A stretch of 64,000 bases of DNA from Octopus vulgaris (Eukaryota). A program made the position numbers and the translations under genes. The stretch covers positions 43,400,001 to 43,464,000 of the forward strand of contig OX597835.1 of assembly GCA_951406725.2 (NCBI GenBank), read 5' to 3'. Shown here in pieces: positions 24,624-38,016 of this stretch (its first letter is position 1; every line of letters starts with the position of its first letter). A model generated the notes under the pieces. It searched no databases. It was not told where the DNA came from and saw nothing but the letters and a program-made list of their open reading frames with translations.

Positions 24624-24626
<3 letters not shown>
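24480..24626 (+). mobile_element. Short Penelope-like element, family P2, in (TA)n
   Basis: Hammerhead plus tail nearly identical to 56443-56548; TA microsatellite on both sides. Confidence 0.7.
24484..24521 (+). ncRNA. Minimal type I hammerhead ribozyme (Penelope-type)
   Basis: Stem I CTGT/ACAG, core CTGATGA, short stem II with GCAA loop, GAAAC, near-palindromic stem III ACTC-A-GAGT, cleavage triplet GTA at 24515-24517. Confidence 0.7.
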
Positions 24627-24658
<32 letters not shown>

Positions 24659-26486
24659 TTACACACACATATATATATACTTACACACACACACATATAT
24701 ATATATACTTACATACACACACATATATATATATACTTACATACACACCCACACATACACATATATATATATATAAAATGCTTGTGAGACAAAAATATTT
24801 TCCTATCTCCTGTTTTCTTGTTTCGATATATATTTCATATATATATCAAAACTGGACGACCATTATTTATGCCTTATCTTATATTTCATATATACATGAT
24901 ATTATATATATATAATTACATGCATACACCCATATATGCATGAGCGTGTGTATATGAATGTATATAAAATTTGAAACAGGATGTTTTTTTGCTAATTAAA
25001 ACAGCGAACTTTAAGTAAAAGGACTCAACACATCAGAAAAATTGTTCTGCCAATTGTTTTTTATTTCTAGATTTAAAATAGATTTAAAATCTACCATATT
25101 TCTTTTCTTTCCTTTAATCAGTTTCTCAACGATAATTACAAATTATTTTGTCCATAATTAATAAAATATTCACACTACTAAAATATATTTTTGCGTATCC
25201 ACTTTTAATCATAATGAGAACTTTGTTCTGCTAGAAATAGAAGCGGTTCTAAAGTTCCTTCAGTTTATACATTAAAATCTCTTTTTTTTTTTTTTTAAAT
25301 TGAAGCATACATTGTGTCTGAAACTAAAATAGGTTGACCCCTAAACCCCTTTAATTTATAAACTAAAATTTGTTTAAAAACCGAAAGGACACATTTGGAT
25401 GATGTACCCCCTGGTACATTGTCTGAAACTAAAATGGGAAGGTCAGTGGTTAGAAAACTTCTGATCAGACGTATGTCAGACCAGGGGTTAAAAAAACAGT
25501 TTTTCATAAGCAGAAATTAAGGGAATTTCTTGGTGCGTCATTTTATCGACCCAAGGAGGAGGACGAAATATAAAATCGACCCAAGTCATATTCGAACAAC
25601 TAAAAGTCTTAACAAAATTTAAAGCTTTCTATCGACTGACATTTTTTCTGCAAATCTATCTACATTTTCTGTCACTCATAGTGTTTAGAAGGTGGGAAAA
25701 GGCATGAACAACACCGCATCACATTCCATATTTATTATAATACATGGCAGAGACAGAGAGGGAGGGGGGTCAGTTTTTAGGGAGTAGAGAAGTCTGTACG
25801 AGGGGGGAGGCGGGAGCGGTGTAGCTGTGTTACACAGTTTGTCCCTCTTCACCGTATTTCAAATTTACCGCGTAAATACCAGCGCGCGTGCGCACATACG
25901 CATACACACACACACACACACATACACACACATACACATACACTTCTACACACAAACACACGCTCCTGCTCTTGCAGCTTTCTCTCTCTTCTCTGCCACT
26001 CGCTCTTCTTTCCCTATCTTTCTTTCCTCTCTTTCTCCCCCCGTTCCACTCTCTCTCTATCTTTCTCTCTTTCCTCTACCCTCAAACACTCGTCAACGCC
26101 CCCTTTTTTTAACTTCTTTGGTTGACAATTTTCCCTCCACCCCTGCCTACTCGTCTTCCTACACCTATCCCCCCGATGCTGCACCCCCTTCATTTCTCTC
26201 TACTCCTCCTCTGCCTCAGCTGATAGCTATCGTTTTACTTTTTAGTTATTTTATTCATTTATTTATTTATCTATTTAATTATTTATTTCAGCAGCGTCTG
26301 TCTGCCACACACACACACACACAGATACAAACACACACACACAAATACGCATACAAACACACACACACAAACACACACTCATACACACAAACACATACAC
26401 ACACACAAACACACACACAAACACATACACACAACACACAAACACACACACAAATACACACACACACACGCGCACACACACACACG

Positions 26487-26523
<37 letters not shown>

Positions 26524-26876
26524 TCTTTCTGAGATATGATAAACACACATATCCAGAAATGAGACACACATACACATGCAGATATATAAATCTCTCTCTC
26601 TCTCTATATATATATATATGTGTGTGTGTGTGTCTATACATATACACATATACTCATGCATATATGCACACATACATCGATACATATATACATATGAATA
26701 ACCAGACAAATGAACCAACACCAACAGGGAGTAGCCTCTGTGTAGTCGTTGGACTGCTAGAGATAGCAGCTAAAAATATTCTACTCATCACATCTTACTT
26801 AAAAAGGGAAAGACAAGTGTGAAAGCAAAATAGTATGGCCACACTTGATGTAACTGAACAACAGATACGAAATTTC

Positions 26877-27292
26877 GGATCTTTTCGGTTTGAACGGCAG
26901 TTTTTTCTAGCAGTGTCATATGAAATTGTCACCCATAATTATGACCCTAGTATCGATCTATTGCATTTCAATCTGTTTTAGGGTTAGGGTTAGGGGTGGG
27001 GGGAAGGGTATCTTTTTTTCTTCACAAATGTAAATAAACCCAATCTGTTTCTTAAGCGAGGGACATATTCATACGGCACAGAATGTTTTTCACCTCAATA
27101 GGCATCATTGATTGGTTGAAATTGCAGAAATTGAAGAAAACAACAACAAATATCTTACAAACTATAGGATTTTCTCAATAAAGCCAAGAGAAAAAGATGT
27201 TTTATAAACACATTCTACCAGTATACGTAGTTTAAAATTTTTTAGTTACCTAGAAATTATGTTAAAAACTGCCGTTCAAACCGAAAAGATCC
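26877..27292 (+). mobile_element. Merlin-like MITE family M1 with internal TTAGGG repeats
   Basis: TIR GGATCTTTTCGGTTTGAACGGCAGTTTTT; imperfect 8-bp TSD GAAATTTC/AAAAGTTC. Confidence 0.88.
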
Positions 27293-27849
27293 AAAAGTTC
27301 TTATCCTTATACGCATTCAGCTTGAATATTATGCAAACATGATTTTATTTAAATATATACTCGAATACACACGCTCGCACGCACACCGACACACACACAT
27401 ATATACATGTATGTAACTTAGAAACGTTTTGCTCATTATTGGGCCCAGGTCATGTCTAACTTTAACAGCAGCACATGGCCTACTCACCACATGGCCTACT
27501 CATGTATGTCATGTTTGAGGACACTCATGTAGGAAGCTATTTGCCGAGATGTATTCGGTTGCAGTAGTCACTCGAATCTAGATATCCTTCAGTCTGTCTG
27601 CCTATCTATTTCTAGCCATCCATCCAGTCTACCAACACGCACACACACTCATTTATCAATTAGATAATATAATATTTGATCAAATAGCCAGTGTGTAAAA
27701 CCAATTAAAATTAAAAAAAATAAGACGAAGTATATGATTTTTTAAAATACATTTTATTATATTAAGGGCTGTTACTGTGTGGCTTTCCACACAGAGTGCG
27801 GATGGTATTTGAGGACAGTTTTATGGTTTAAAAAAAACACGCTTATATA

Positions 27850-28432
27850 ATGACAGGAAAAAAACTGTATTTTTATAGAAATAACATAAAACATAAAGCT
27901 AAATTATCAGTTTAATGAATCATTCAATAAAACCACCATAAGCATCAATAACTGCCTCTACGCGGGGTCGAAATCGTTTTACAAGCTCGGATTAAGTGGT
28001 CCTTGTTCATATCGGACATGACTCGAACTGTGGCGGCTTTCAAAAACCTTTGGTGCTAAGGGGTGGGCATTAACATTGTTCTTAACGATGCTCCATTCAT
28101 AGTAGTCCAGGGAGGCCAAATGATGGGGGGGGGGGGGGGGCGATCATGCAAATTGTTGACCATCCGTTCCTTGTGTCATTTGAGCCTTGTGTGATGGTGC
28201 AGAATCTTGTTGAAAGACATAAGGCCCTTCATTGCGTACACTGTTGATCCAATGCTTAACAACTTTATCCAGAACCTCACTGTATGCAGCAGCATTCACT
28301 ATAAAGCCTTATGGAAAAAAGTGAAGAGGCATCACATGTCCTTCTTGGCTAACAACACCCAAAAGCATGACACTTGCAGGAAATTTTGTGTGCATTACTC
28401 TTGGAACCCCAGAAGGGTCTGCACATAGCCAT
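27850..28432 (-). mobile_element. DD37D (maT)-type transposase remnant
   Basis: Minus-strand VFQQDSAPSHKA, LDYY and C-terminal RFRPRVEAVIDAYGGFIE*. Confidence 0.75.
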
Positions 28433-28436
28433 CTAT

Positions 28437-28684
28437 CGGATGTTTACCTTTTGACCTACAGATTTAAAAAATAATTTTTTGTAACTAAACACTTTCAAAC
28501 TTCGGACACTGGTAGAATGTGTCATATAAAACACCTTTTACTCTTAACATTTTTGAGAAAAACTTATATTTACGAAGATATTTCACGTTAAAGTTGTCCT
28601 ATTCCGGTAATTTCAACCAATGAATGGCGTGTATTCAGCCGAATAAAATTACTGCTGTTTGTCAACAAGAACTTCTGGCGGTGT
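28437..28684 (-). mobile_element. Diverged relative of MITE M1
   Basis: GGATGTTTACCTTTTGA start and AAACTTCG..ACTGGTAGAATGTG...AATTTCAACCAAT blocks shared with M1. Confidence 0.55.
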
Positions 28685-28805
28685 TAACAAAAATGAGAAC
28701 AGCTAGAATTATACAAGTACAAAAGAACGCCTTTCAGTAAACGTCCACACTTAGAATTTGCATCACCAGTCCTATTCTGCTCAGCATATCTATCTCCTGG
28801 AGATA

Positions 28806-29035
28806 GGCGGCGAGCTGGCAGAACCGTTAGCACGCCGGGCGAAATGCGTAGCCGTATTTCGTCTGCCGCTACGTTCTGAGTTCAAATTCCGCCGAGGTCG
28901 ACTTTGCCTTTCATCCTTTCGGGGTCGATAAATTAAGTACCAGTTACGCACTGGGGTCGATGTAATCGACTTAATCCATTTGTCTGTCCTTGTTTGTCCC
29001 TTCTATGTTTAGCCCCTTGTGGGTAACAAAAAACA
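28806..29035 (+). mobile_element. SINE B with 17-bp TSD inside a decayed CR1/L2-like fragment
   Basis: TSD CATATCTATCTCCTGGA at 28785-28801 and 29036-29052. Confidence 0.9.
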
Positions 29036-30115
29036 CATATCTATCTCCTGGAAACTGTTCAGAAACGCGCAACCAAGCGAGTACGCGCCGTCGGGCATCT
29101 ACCATACTCTGAATGTCTAGCTTCCCTGGGTATGGACACATTAAATCTCCGACGTCTGGCAACTGACTTGTCAAGCACTCACAAGATTATCCACCATCTT
29201 TCCAACAACAATCTTGGGCTCGTTTTTGAATTCCATGTCAAACACTGGTAGACATGCTTACAAAATCAAAATAACAATACAGCATCCTTGACTTTGCGTT
29301 CCGCATGTTTCCGAGTTCAGTCCCAGGTGCCACGAAGTGGAACTGAACCTAGAACCATGTGGTCGGGTAGCAAGCTCAAAATACCGTCACGCCTTACTAT
29401 TTATTAAGTTATCTTTATTCTTTAATATTTCGTATAGTTTAGTGCAACATAATTTGTAGCTACATCTGTTATTGGAATAAGGTGGAGCCTTTTGAATAAT
29501 GATCCACGTAATTTCAAATTCAATATTGTCTTTTAATTGCCAAATTTTCAAAGATAATGTGGTTCTACGGTGTTATGTCTGTGTCTAAACGAGGATAAAT
29601 GATTAAGTAATCTTGATTTGAAGTCACATGACGTGCTGCCTATGTAAATAAAGGTGTTAGTACTGGTTATTGTAGTACATCTAGAAACTATATTTTATGT
29701 TAGACATACACCTCAAAGTGGACAATTAGTTTGATCTCAGCAGTTACACTGGAGAGGAGTGCCTATGTTATTTACTTCATAACCATTATTCGTACAACCC
29801 TTAATATTATTGTCTTTGTTGTTGTTGATGCTTACGTAGTTATTATGGTTGTTATTTTTGTTTTTGTTACCTTTACTCCTGCTGTTATTATTACAACCTA
29901 TATCAAGATCTTCAACTACTCTGTTACTTCTCTCTGCTTACTTTCTTAGACTTCTCCATCCACTCCCCTCCCCGATCTAGGCCCTTTAACGAGTTCTTTA
30001 TAAACTTAATGCTAACTTAGAACCTTCATTCTCTAACCGAATTTAGGTCGGTAGAGTCATATGGCACTATGTACTTGTTCTTGAAATGCTCAAAATGTTT
30101 AATCCTTATCTATAG

Positions 30116-30209
30116 TCACCTGATGAAGACGTTTTCTTTCCTTTTATTTTTGCATTATGTAACACTTTATGTTCATAAAAAAAAAACACGTCTGAAACAG
30201 CTGTAGTGA
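30116..30209 (+). ncRNA. Type I hammerhead ribozyme with long loop II (Penelope-type)
   Basis: Stem I TCAC/GTGA, CTGATGA 30120-30126, stem II AGACGT/ACGTCT, GAAAC, palindromic ACAGCTGT, cleavage GTA 30203-30205. Confidence 0.78.
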
Positions 30210-30599
30210 GCCACAATCCATCTGTTGTTATTTGTTTATCCTTCACCTTCCTCGGAACCTGCAATTTGTTTGGATCTATTGCAATGATGCAATAGGTGCA
30301 GTGAGTGTACCCATGTGTGACCTTGGTGACACGTTATGTATTCAGTCAACCATTTGTGAATACATGCATAACCGGGGTACAAGATCGTAGTTACTAGTTT
30401 AGTAAGTACCTATTTGTCCTCAAGTATTGTTTGAACACGATAGCGCTATCACTTACCTGACCTTGGTGCTTTCACAATTTAAATTCCTGATTCTCTTGAA
30501 TTCTGAAATTAAACGTATGTGTGTGTGTGTGTGTGTGTGTGTGTATTCTCGTTCACATAACATCTATATGTTATGTGAACGATAATATTTTGAAAACAA

Positions 30600-30772
30600 T
30601 ATATATACGACGGGCTTCTTTCAGTTTCCATCTACCAAATCCACTCACAAGGCTTTGGTCGGTCCGAGGCTATAGTAGAAGACATTTGCCCAAGGTGCCA
30701 TGCAGTGGGAGTGAACCCGGAACCATGTGGTTGGTAAACAAGCTACTTACCACACAGCCACTCCTGTGCCTA
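30600..30772 (-). mobile_element. SINE A head half
   Basis: Matches family A 5' half. Confidence 0.85.
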
Positions 30773-31789
30773 TCTTATCTTATCATTATGTTAGTCAAGG
30801 TTGTGCAGTTCTGTCGATGGGGGTGAGTTAAATATTTCTTGAAAGTAGGCAGCGAGCTGGTAGAATCGTTACGAAACTGAGCAAAATGCTTAGCGGAATT
30901 TCATCCGTTTTTACGTTCTGAGTTCAAATTTCGCCGAGGTCGCTTTTGTCGTTCATCCGTTCGGGGCAGATAAAATAAGTACTATTTGAAGACTTTCCTC
31001 GAACTTGCTAACCTCATGCCAAAATTTGAAATCAATATTTGTTTAAAGTGTTCCATCCATCGACAATCTTGTTTTGTTGTTAACAAAGTCCTTCCTTGTT
31101 TATTCTTCACTGGTGTTTGCTTTTTGCTCCAATTAGCTCTCCTACTATGCCGTATGGAATCCTTCGATCATTTTGGTCGTTGCTTCTTCTATTCTGTGTA
31201 TTTTTTGTCTAACCGGGCTTTTCTGTCGGCGGTCCATATCTTTCTATTCTTTGTTACTACTTGTGCGTTTCTTCCTCTGTTTTTACTCCATTTCTGATGT
31301 TATTAACCTTTTTTTTACCAGTAACATCCCAAGTTGTTTCTTTGATGGAATACTCTCAATCCTCTTCTTCTCATTCACATTATTTCATCTGCTCAATTAA
31401 GATTAAAAACCTACAACGGCTCACATCTGAACTAGAACAAAATTTTGGAAAGGTTTGTCCGAGAACCAATGTGGAGAAGATCAAAACAACAACCATTACA
31501 AATGGTGACCATCAAAGAAGAACGATCATAAAGATAAATCAGCAAAATTTTAAGACAGAGGCGACAAGCCGGGTGAAATACTTAGCGATATTTCGTCCGT
31601 CAGAGTTCAAATTCCGCCGAGTTTGACTTTGCCTTTCATAGATTCGGGGTCGATGAAATAAGTGCCAATCGAGTACTGAGGTGAAAGTAATCGTGTTAAC
31701 CACCCCCGGGAATGAGTGTAAAAACTGCATCCTTCTGCCAAGCCAAGCCATGTCAGGCCAGTGTGGTAGCAGGCTTACCAAACCAGTAT

Positions 31790-32490
31790 GTCTTCAAGCT
31801 CAAATTCACGGCCTCCACATCGGACCGTATGTGATGGACAGGACATGCTGAAGTCTTCCTCCTGCAGTGGACTAAACATCGACACCCCAATTCAATCCAA
31901 AGATTCACCTGCCTGGGTACCGTCATCAGTTGCAGTGATGATATTCAGACAGACGTCAACCAATGGAACTGGTAAGGTCGTAGCCATATTCCAGAGAATG
32001 TGCGCTATCTTTTTCTCTAACCTGTCGGCTTACACAGAAAGATTTGGCTCTTCAGTAGCATGGTTCTATCAATGGTTCTGTGTGCTAGTGTGGCATGGAA
32101 GGGCACCATGAAAATCGACATCTTCTACCAAAGATGATTGGGAAGGATTCTGAGTATGTACTGGCAAGAGCACGTGAGCAATGAAGACATTCTAAAGACA
32201 GCGAACGCAAGATCACTTTGCGAAATCATCGCAAAACGAAAAGTAAAACTAGTAGATCGGGTGCAGTGGTTACCAGAACAAGACCTTTCTAAAACAGTTT
32301 TTAAATGGACACCAATGGAGAGAGAAAAAAAAAAGAGAGGAAAACGGAAATGTCCATGAAGCAGAACATTCATGACCTTCATCACTGAAACCAACATCAC
32401 ATGACCAAATGTAGAAAAAAAACGTCAACCAACAGAAAGTAGGGGGTCAATTTGCTGCCCATGTGTTTGAGAGCACAGGAGGGACTGATG
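31790..32490 (+). mobile_element. RTE-clade LINE 3' fragment (decayed)
   Basis: RILSMYWQEHVSNEDIL...KTVFKWTP...KRGKRK, typical of RTE C-termini. Confidence 0.75.
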
Positions 32491-32575
32491 TTACTATACA
32501 CACACACACACACACATACATACATACATACATACATACATACGTACATACACACATACATACGTACATACATAC

Positions 32576-32606
<31 letters not shown>

Positions 32607-32634
32607 TCCATACATACATACACACACACACATC

Positions 32635-32668
<34 letters not shown>

Positions 32669-32926
32669 AACATACATACAAACACACGCACATACATACA
32701 TACGTACATACAAACACACACACATACATACATACATACATACATACATACACACACACATACATACATACATACACACATACATACACACATATTAGTA
32801 CTGGGCGACATTTGTTCCACTAAGATTCTTCAAGTCGGTGCGGGCCGCAATGTGGCCGCAGCCTTCAACAACAAACAGTAAACGATGAAAAATATGTTTA
32901 TCACCAATACCACCTCCGCCACCACC

Positions 32927-32982
<56 letters not shown>

Positions 32983-33544
32983 CACTACTACTACCACTGG
33001 TTTGAGTGATTTTTGAAAGTAATGAAGGTGTGTCACTTTCCCAGAAATTTTGTTTTGTAGCTACTAGCAACCACTACCAACACCTCTATCGCCGCCACCG
33101 CCGCTTCCACCCCCACAAACAGATGGTTTCTACGCGGTGGGTTTGACCTTCTACAAATAGCAGTCAAAATCGGCCTCTGATCTGACCTTACTGTTCTAAA
33201 TAAAAGGGTGGGGAACACATCTTAGAATTAGATTGTATATTCCTAAATATAACCATAAACAAAATTAAAATATAAACGAGATGGTAATAGTTGAAATGCC
33301 GTCGATCATTTGATGTCTGACCAATCCACATTCGCCAGGCTTTTAGACAGCAACCCTGATCAAATTTCTTTTGTCGTTTACTTGTTTTAGTCCCTGGACT
33401 GAGTCCATGCTGGAGCACGGCCTTCAATGGTCTCGTCAAACAAATCGACACCATTTTTTTTCTTTTAAGCTTTTTATTTTTATTTCAAGTCTGGTACATC
33501 AAGGGTACACGTTACAGTGAAGTACCCTGGTTTGGGGTAAAAAA

Positions 33545-33727
33545 AAATACAGGAGGGTCACTTAATTTTGATTTTATTCAACATGTTCCCTTCTCAGACT
33601 CATACATTTCATCGCAGCGGTCTTTCAGCTTTTCTAAGCCCTTTAAAATAACTCGGAAGATTGGACCTCCAACCAGGCCCTTCACGAAACTTTTAAAGCC
33701 AAGGACTTTTCAGCACCCCATCGCATA
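33545..33727. mobile_element. mariner-derived MITE remnant
   Basis: Ends in ACTTTTCAGCACCCCATCGCATA (mariner TIR-like); TTTTATTCAACATGTTCCC resembles a mariner 3' end. Confidence 0.45.
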
Positions 33728-33729
33728 TG

Positions 33730-33763
<34 letters not shown>

Positions 33764-33805
33764 TGTATGTATGTATGTACGTACGTATGTATGTACGTAT
33801 GTATG

Positions 33806-33839
<34 letters not shown>

Positions 33840-34029
33840 GGCATGTATGTATGTAGGTAGGTATGTATGTATGTATGTATGTATGTAGGTATGTATGTAT
33901 GTAGGTATGTATGTATGTAGGTATGTAGATATGTAGGTAGGTAGGTATGTATGTACGTACGTATGTATGTATGTGTGTATGTATGTATGTATGTATGTAT
34001 GTATGTATGCGTGCATGTATGTATATTTG

Positions 34030-35415
34030 TCCTTAAGCCGCGAGATGACTGCACGAATAAAAAAAGGCCACCGATGCTTTGTCTCGTTGAAAGGTCGTGT
34101 TTGGTCCCACAAAAGCTTGAAAAATAACATCAATGTCTATAACATCTGCGTACTGACATGTCTATTATTTCCGTATGAAACACGGGTGGTGTACTGCTAT
34201 CACCTAGAAACGCTTCAGTGCTTCCAGCAGTTGTGTTTCAGTAACATCTTGGACATCTACTGCATGACTCACACTTCTGACATGAGGAATTTAGAAAGAG
34301 CCAATGCTGTTAGTATTGAGGCCTACATCCATTGTCATCATATGCGCTGGGTTAGTCGCGTTGTGCTTCTTGATGACCGCAGAATTTCCAAGCAAATATT
34401 GTGTGGCATGCTGTCGCAAGGCACTCGACCACAGTATAAGCCAAGAAAGTTATTCGGATCTTTTCGGTTTGAACGGCAGTTTTTAACATAATTTTAGGTA
34501 ACTAAAAAATTTTAAACTTCGTATACTGGTAGAATGTGTTTATAAAACATCTTTTTCTCTTGGCTTTATTGAGAAAATTCTATGGTTTGTAAGATATTTG
34601 TTGTTTTTTTCTTCAATTTCTGCAATTTCAACCAATCAATTACGTCCATTGAGGTAAAAAAAACATTCTGTGCCGTATGAATATGTCCCTCGTTTAAGAA
34701 GCTGATTGGGTTTATTTACATTTGTGAAGAAAAAAAGATACCCTTCTCCCTACCCCTAACCCTAAAACAGATTGAAATACAATAGATCGATACTAGAGTC
34801 ATAATTATGGGTGACAATTTCATATGATACCGCTAGAAAAACTGCCGTTCAAACCGAAACGATCCAGTTATTCAAGGACAACTTGAAAGAATCGCCTGGA
34901 ATCTGTAAGATTTCAGAACAAAAATGGGAAGGTATTTAACGTGATAGGAAAACCTGGGAACAAACAGTCTATGAAGGAGTAAGCACATTCCAGTGAAATG
35001 TAAAAGATCAGCACGTTAAAACAATTCCATTGACCCTATAATTCTTCTGTGACCTCAGATGTATGTCTTGCGCAGGCCTGGTGAGTCACTAGAGAAGCCA
35101 TATTGAAAAGCTTATTACAAACTACAAACTTTCTTGCTGGGGGCCAACCTCACATGTACTATCTGCCAAAAAAACTTATATAAATCGCTCAGGTTTATCC
35201 AGGTACATGAGGGTACTCAGAGAGCATCATAAGAATGATCCAGAGAAACCAAGAAGTCAAAAGGAATTTGTATGGATGTCGAACCTGCAACAATTTCTGT
35301 AAGTCACTGGCAGGTTTCAAGAGCCATTGTCGTTCACACAACATGTAGTGTTGTCATACAGTTTATTTAGTCAGCCGTGGTGGTCATACTCGTTTAACGA
35401 GTCGAGACAACCATT
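34030..35415 (+). mobile_element. RTE/BovB-like LINE 3' part, split by MITE M1
   Basis: ARIKK...RVWS...VYNICVLTCLLFPYET...RWVSRVVLLDDRRISKQILCG; continues after 34865 to C2H2-like motifs. Confidence 0.85.
34456..34865 (-). mobile_element. Merlin-like MITE M1
   Basis: TIRs as above; perfect TSD AGTTATTC (34448-34455 / 34866-34873). Confidence 0.92.
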
Positions 35416-35892
35416 GCGTATGTATACAACTTATAAACACAGACATGGCGACGTGACTATGGAATTTGCTTGAGTCTCACTTTGTGGCACCTCGGGCAAG
35501 TGTCTTCAACTATAGTGCCGGCCGATCAATGCCTCGTGAGTGCATTTGGTAGACGGAAACTTTATGGAGGACCATCGTGTGTGTATGTGTGCCCTTGCTT
35601 GCTAGCCGGTGTCAGTTTATTTACGTTCCCGTATCTTAGCGGTTCGGCAAAAAGGAATAAGTATCAGAACTAAAAACAAAAATAAGGACTAGGGCAAGTT
35701 TGTTCGACGAAACCCTTGAAGGCGGTGCCCCAGCATGGCCGCAGTCCAATGACTGAAACAAATCATATATATGCGTGTGTGTGTACGTGCGTGAGTGTGT
35801 GTGTATGTGTGTGCGTGGGTGTGCATGTCTGTGTGTGCGCGCGCGCGTGTATGTCTCTGTGTGTGCGTGCATGTGTGTGTGTATACTTAAAT

Positions 35893-37105
35893 ACTTAGAT
35901 AAGTTTCGGCCGAAGTTGGCCCAAGCCATGTCTAATTTAATAGCACCACCTGGAAGAGATACACAGTCAGCTCTTGGGCACCATAACCCATTCGAGCAGA
36001 GGGTTATTGTTTTCGGAGACATATCCGGGTGTGGGTGGTTCGTCCGGTATTTGTTGGAGGTAATCATCTAGGGACCGTTTGAATGCCGTGAAGTCATTTT
36101 CCTCCTTTATGTGGATTGGCACGATGTTCAAGAGAGCAAGGCCAGTTGAGGTGAAATAGTTCTGTTGTACAACACGAACATGATTTCTACTGTGGACGGA
36201 TGGCACGGGGACCAAATCACGGATGAATTTGAAAGATGATACCTTTATCATTTGGGCAATGTTGATGGAGTATTTTCCATACCATACAGATGATATAGCG
36301 CTCAGGGCGGCGTTGGAGGGAGTAATCTATCTATCAATCCGCTCAGTCGAAGTCGACTCTCGGTTACTCGTTGGATCAGTGTCCTCCAGTCAGTTCTATC
36401 CTGGGCCGCTTCTTTCAGATTGGCTATGTCCATTCCAGTATCACTCTTGATGGTGTCAAGCCAGCAGGGTTCTTGGTCGGCCTCTTCCTCTCTTGCCACT
36501 GACCATTCCGAGCATGATGTCCTTCTCCAGGGACTTTCTCCGCGTAATATGACCGAAATATGCCAATCTACGCTTGGTGATCCTAGCTTCTAGCGACATT
36601 TTCGGCCTGATCTGCTTAAGAACTTCTCCATTGGTGAGCTTCGCTGTCCATGGAATCCGTAAGGAGGGAGTAAAACCTGAGCTTTTTGAGTCGATCCCAA
36701 TAGTCAATGCTTGTCATGTCATCTATTTTTTTTTTTCCTTGTGATTGATCTCTGAGGAGTTTCGATTTTCATAATATTCTGTATCGTGAGGGGACCACAG
36801 CGGAAAACAATATTCAAGGCGAGGGTGAGCAAAAGGAGAGAAAAGTAGAATAATGGTAGGTGCGTCCCTATATCCGAAAGTCCCGAGGATCCAGGAGGAG
36901 CACACCCAACGTGCCATGTCAACTTTGCTGTTTATGTGAGCACTCCAGCTTATTTTGTTGTTAACAGAAACACTCAGGTCTCTAGCAGTGCTGGATCCCG
37001 CAAGGGTTTCGCCTGAGGTAAGAGTGTATGGTTGTTGGAATGCAGTCTCTTTACCGAAGTGGATTAGGTTGAATTTTTCTTCGTTTAGCCGCATATTAGG
37101 TTTCT
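35893..37105 (-). mobile_element. CR1-like LINE 3' part, interrupted by an RTE fragment
   Basis: RLNEEKF...RDLSV...PRLEYCFPLWSPH and FKRSLDDYLQQIPDEP; 3' UTR shared with 40915-41145. Confidence 0.85.
36326..36662 (-). mobile_element. 5'-truncated RTE LINE with 11-bp TSD
   Basis: RIPWTAKLTN...YFGHITRR...GKRGRGRPR; (GATA)n tail; TSD GGAGGGAGTAA at 36315-36325 and 36663-36673. Confidence 0.9.
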
Positions 37106-37107
37106 CG

Positions 37108-37171
<64 letters not shown>

Positions 37172-37186
37172 CAGCAGCAGCAGCAA

Positions 37187-37602
37187 GGCGGCGAGCTGGC
37201 AGAATCGTTAGCACGCCGGGCGAAATGCTTAGCGGTATTTTGTCTGCTGCTACGTTCTGAGTTCAAATTCCGCCGAGGTCGACTTTGCCTTTCATCCTTT
37301 CGGAGTCGATAAATTAAGTACCAGTTACGCACTGGGGTCGATATAATCGACTTAATCCGTGTGTCTGTGCTTGTTTGTCCCCTCTGTGTTTAGCCCCTTG
37401 TGGGTAATAAAGAAATAGGTATTTTGTCTGCTGCTACGTTCTGAGTTCAAATTCCGCCGAGATCGACTTTGCTTTTCATCCTTTCGGGGTCGATTAAATA
37501 AGTACCAGTTACGCACTGGGGTCGATGTAATCGGCTTAATCCGTGTGTCTGTCCTTGTTTGTCCCCTCTGTGTTTAGCCCCTTGTGGGTTGTAAAGAAAT
37601 AG
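37187..37602 (+). mobile_element. SINE B head-to-tail dimer inside (GTA)n
   Basis: Full copy, then a headless copy starting GGTATTTTGTCTG right after the tail AAAGAAATA. Confidence 0.88.
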
Positions 37603-37655
<53 letters not shown>

Positions 37656-38016
37656 TTGCTCCTCGATATGAATTGAGCGGGGGATAGTGTCGCCGTGTTT
37701 TGAGCTAATCGCCTGGTGACTTCATTACCACCTGCTGATGGTGTAACACAAGTTCAAAATTCGAACAGCGTTCCCTCATCTTCCATAATCAGTCAACCGT
37801 ATTAAATTGTTTTACATTTTATGTTTGTAAGTGTCAGTGGAAGGTTAATGAATCTGTAAACGAAAGGTGATTAAGTTCTGTATGTTGTGAATGTGTGGCC
37901 GAGATAATTGGTTAGAAAGTCTGTTTGGGTTGTATGGTGGTTCTGCCACGACTATGTAGCTGTGACTATGAATTTTGATGGTGAAAAAAGCTGTCAAACT
38001 AAGTGACAATGCGAAC

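Noticed and set aside
25827-26822. 331-aa ORF, the longest in the window
   Set aside because: Built from (CA)n and CT-rich tracts that lack stop codons; no domain.
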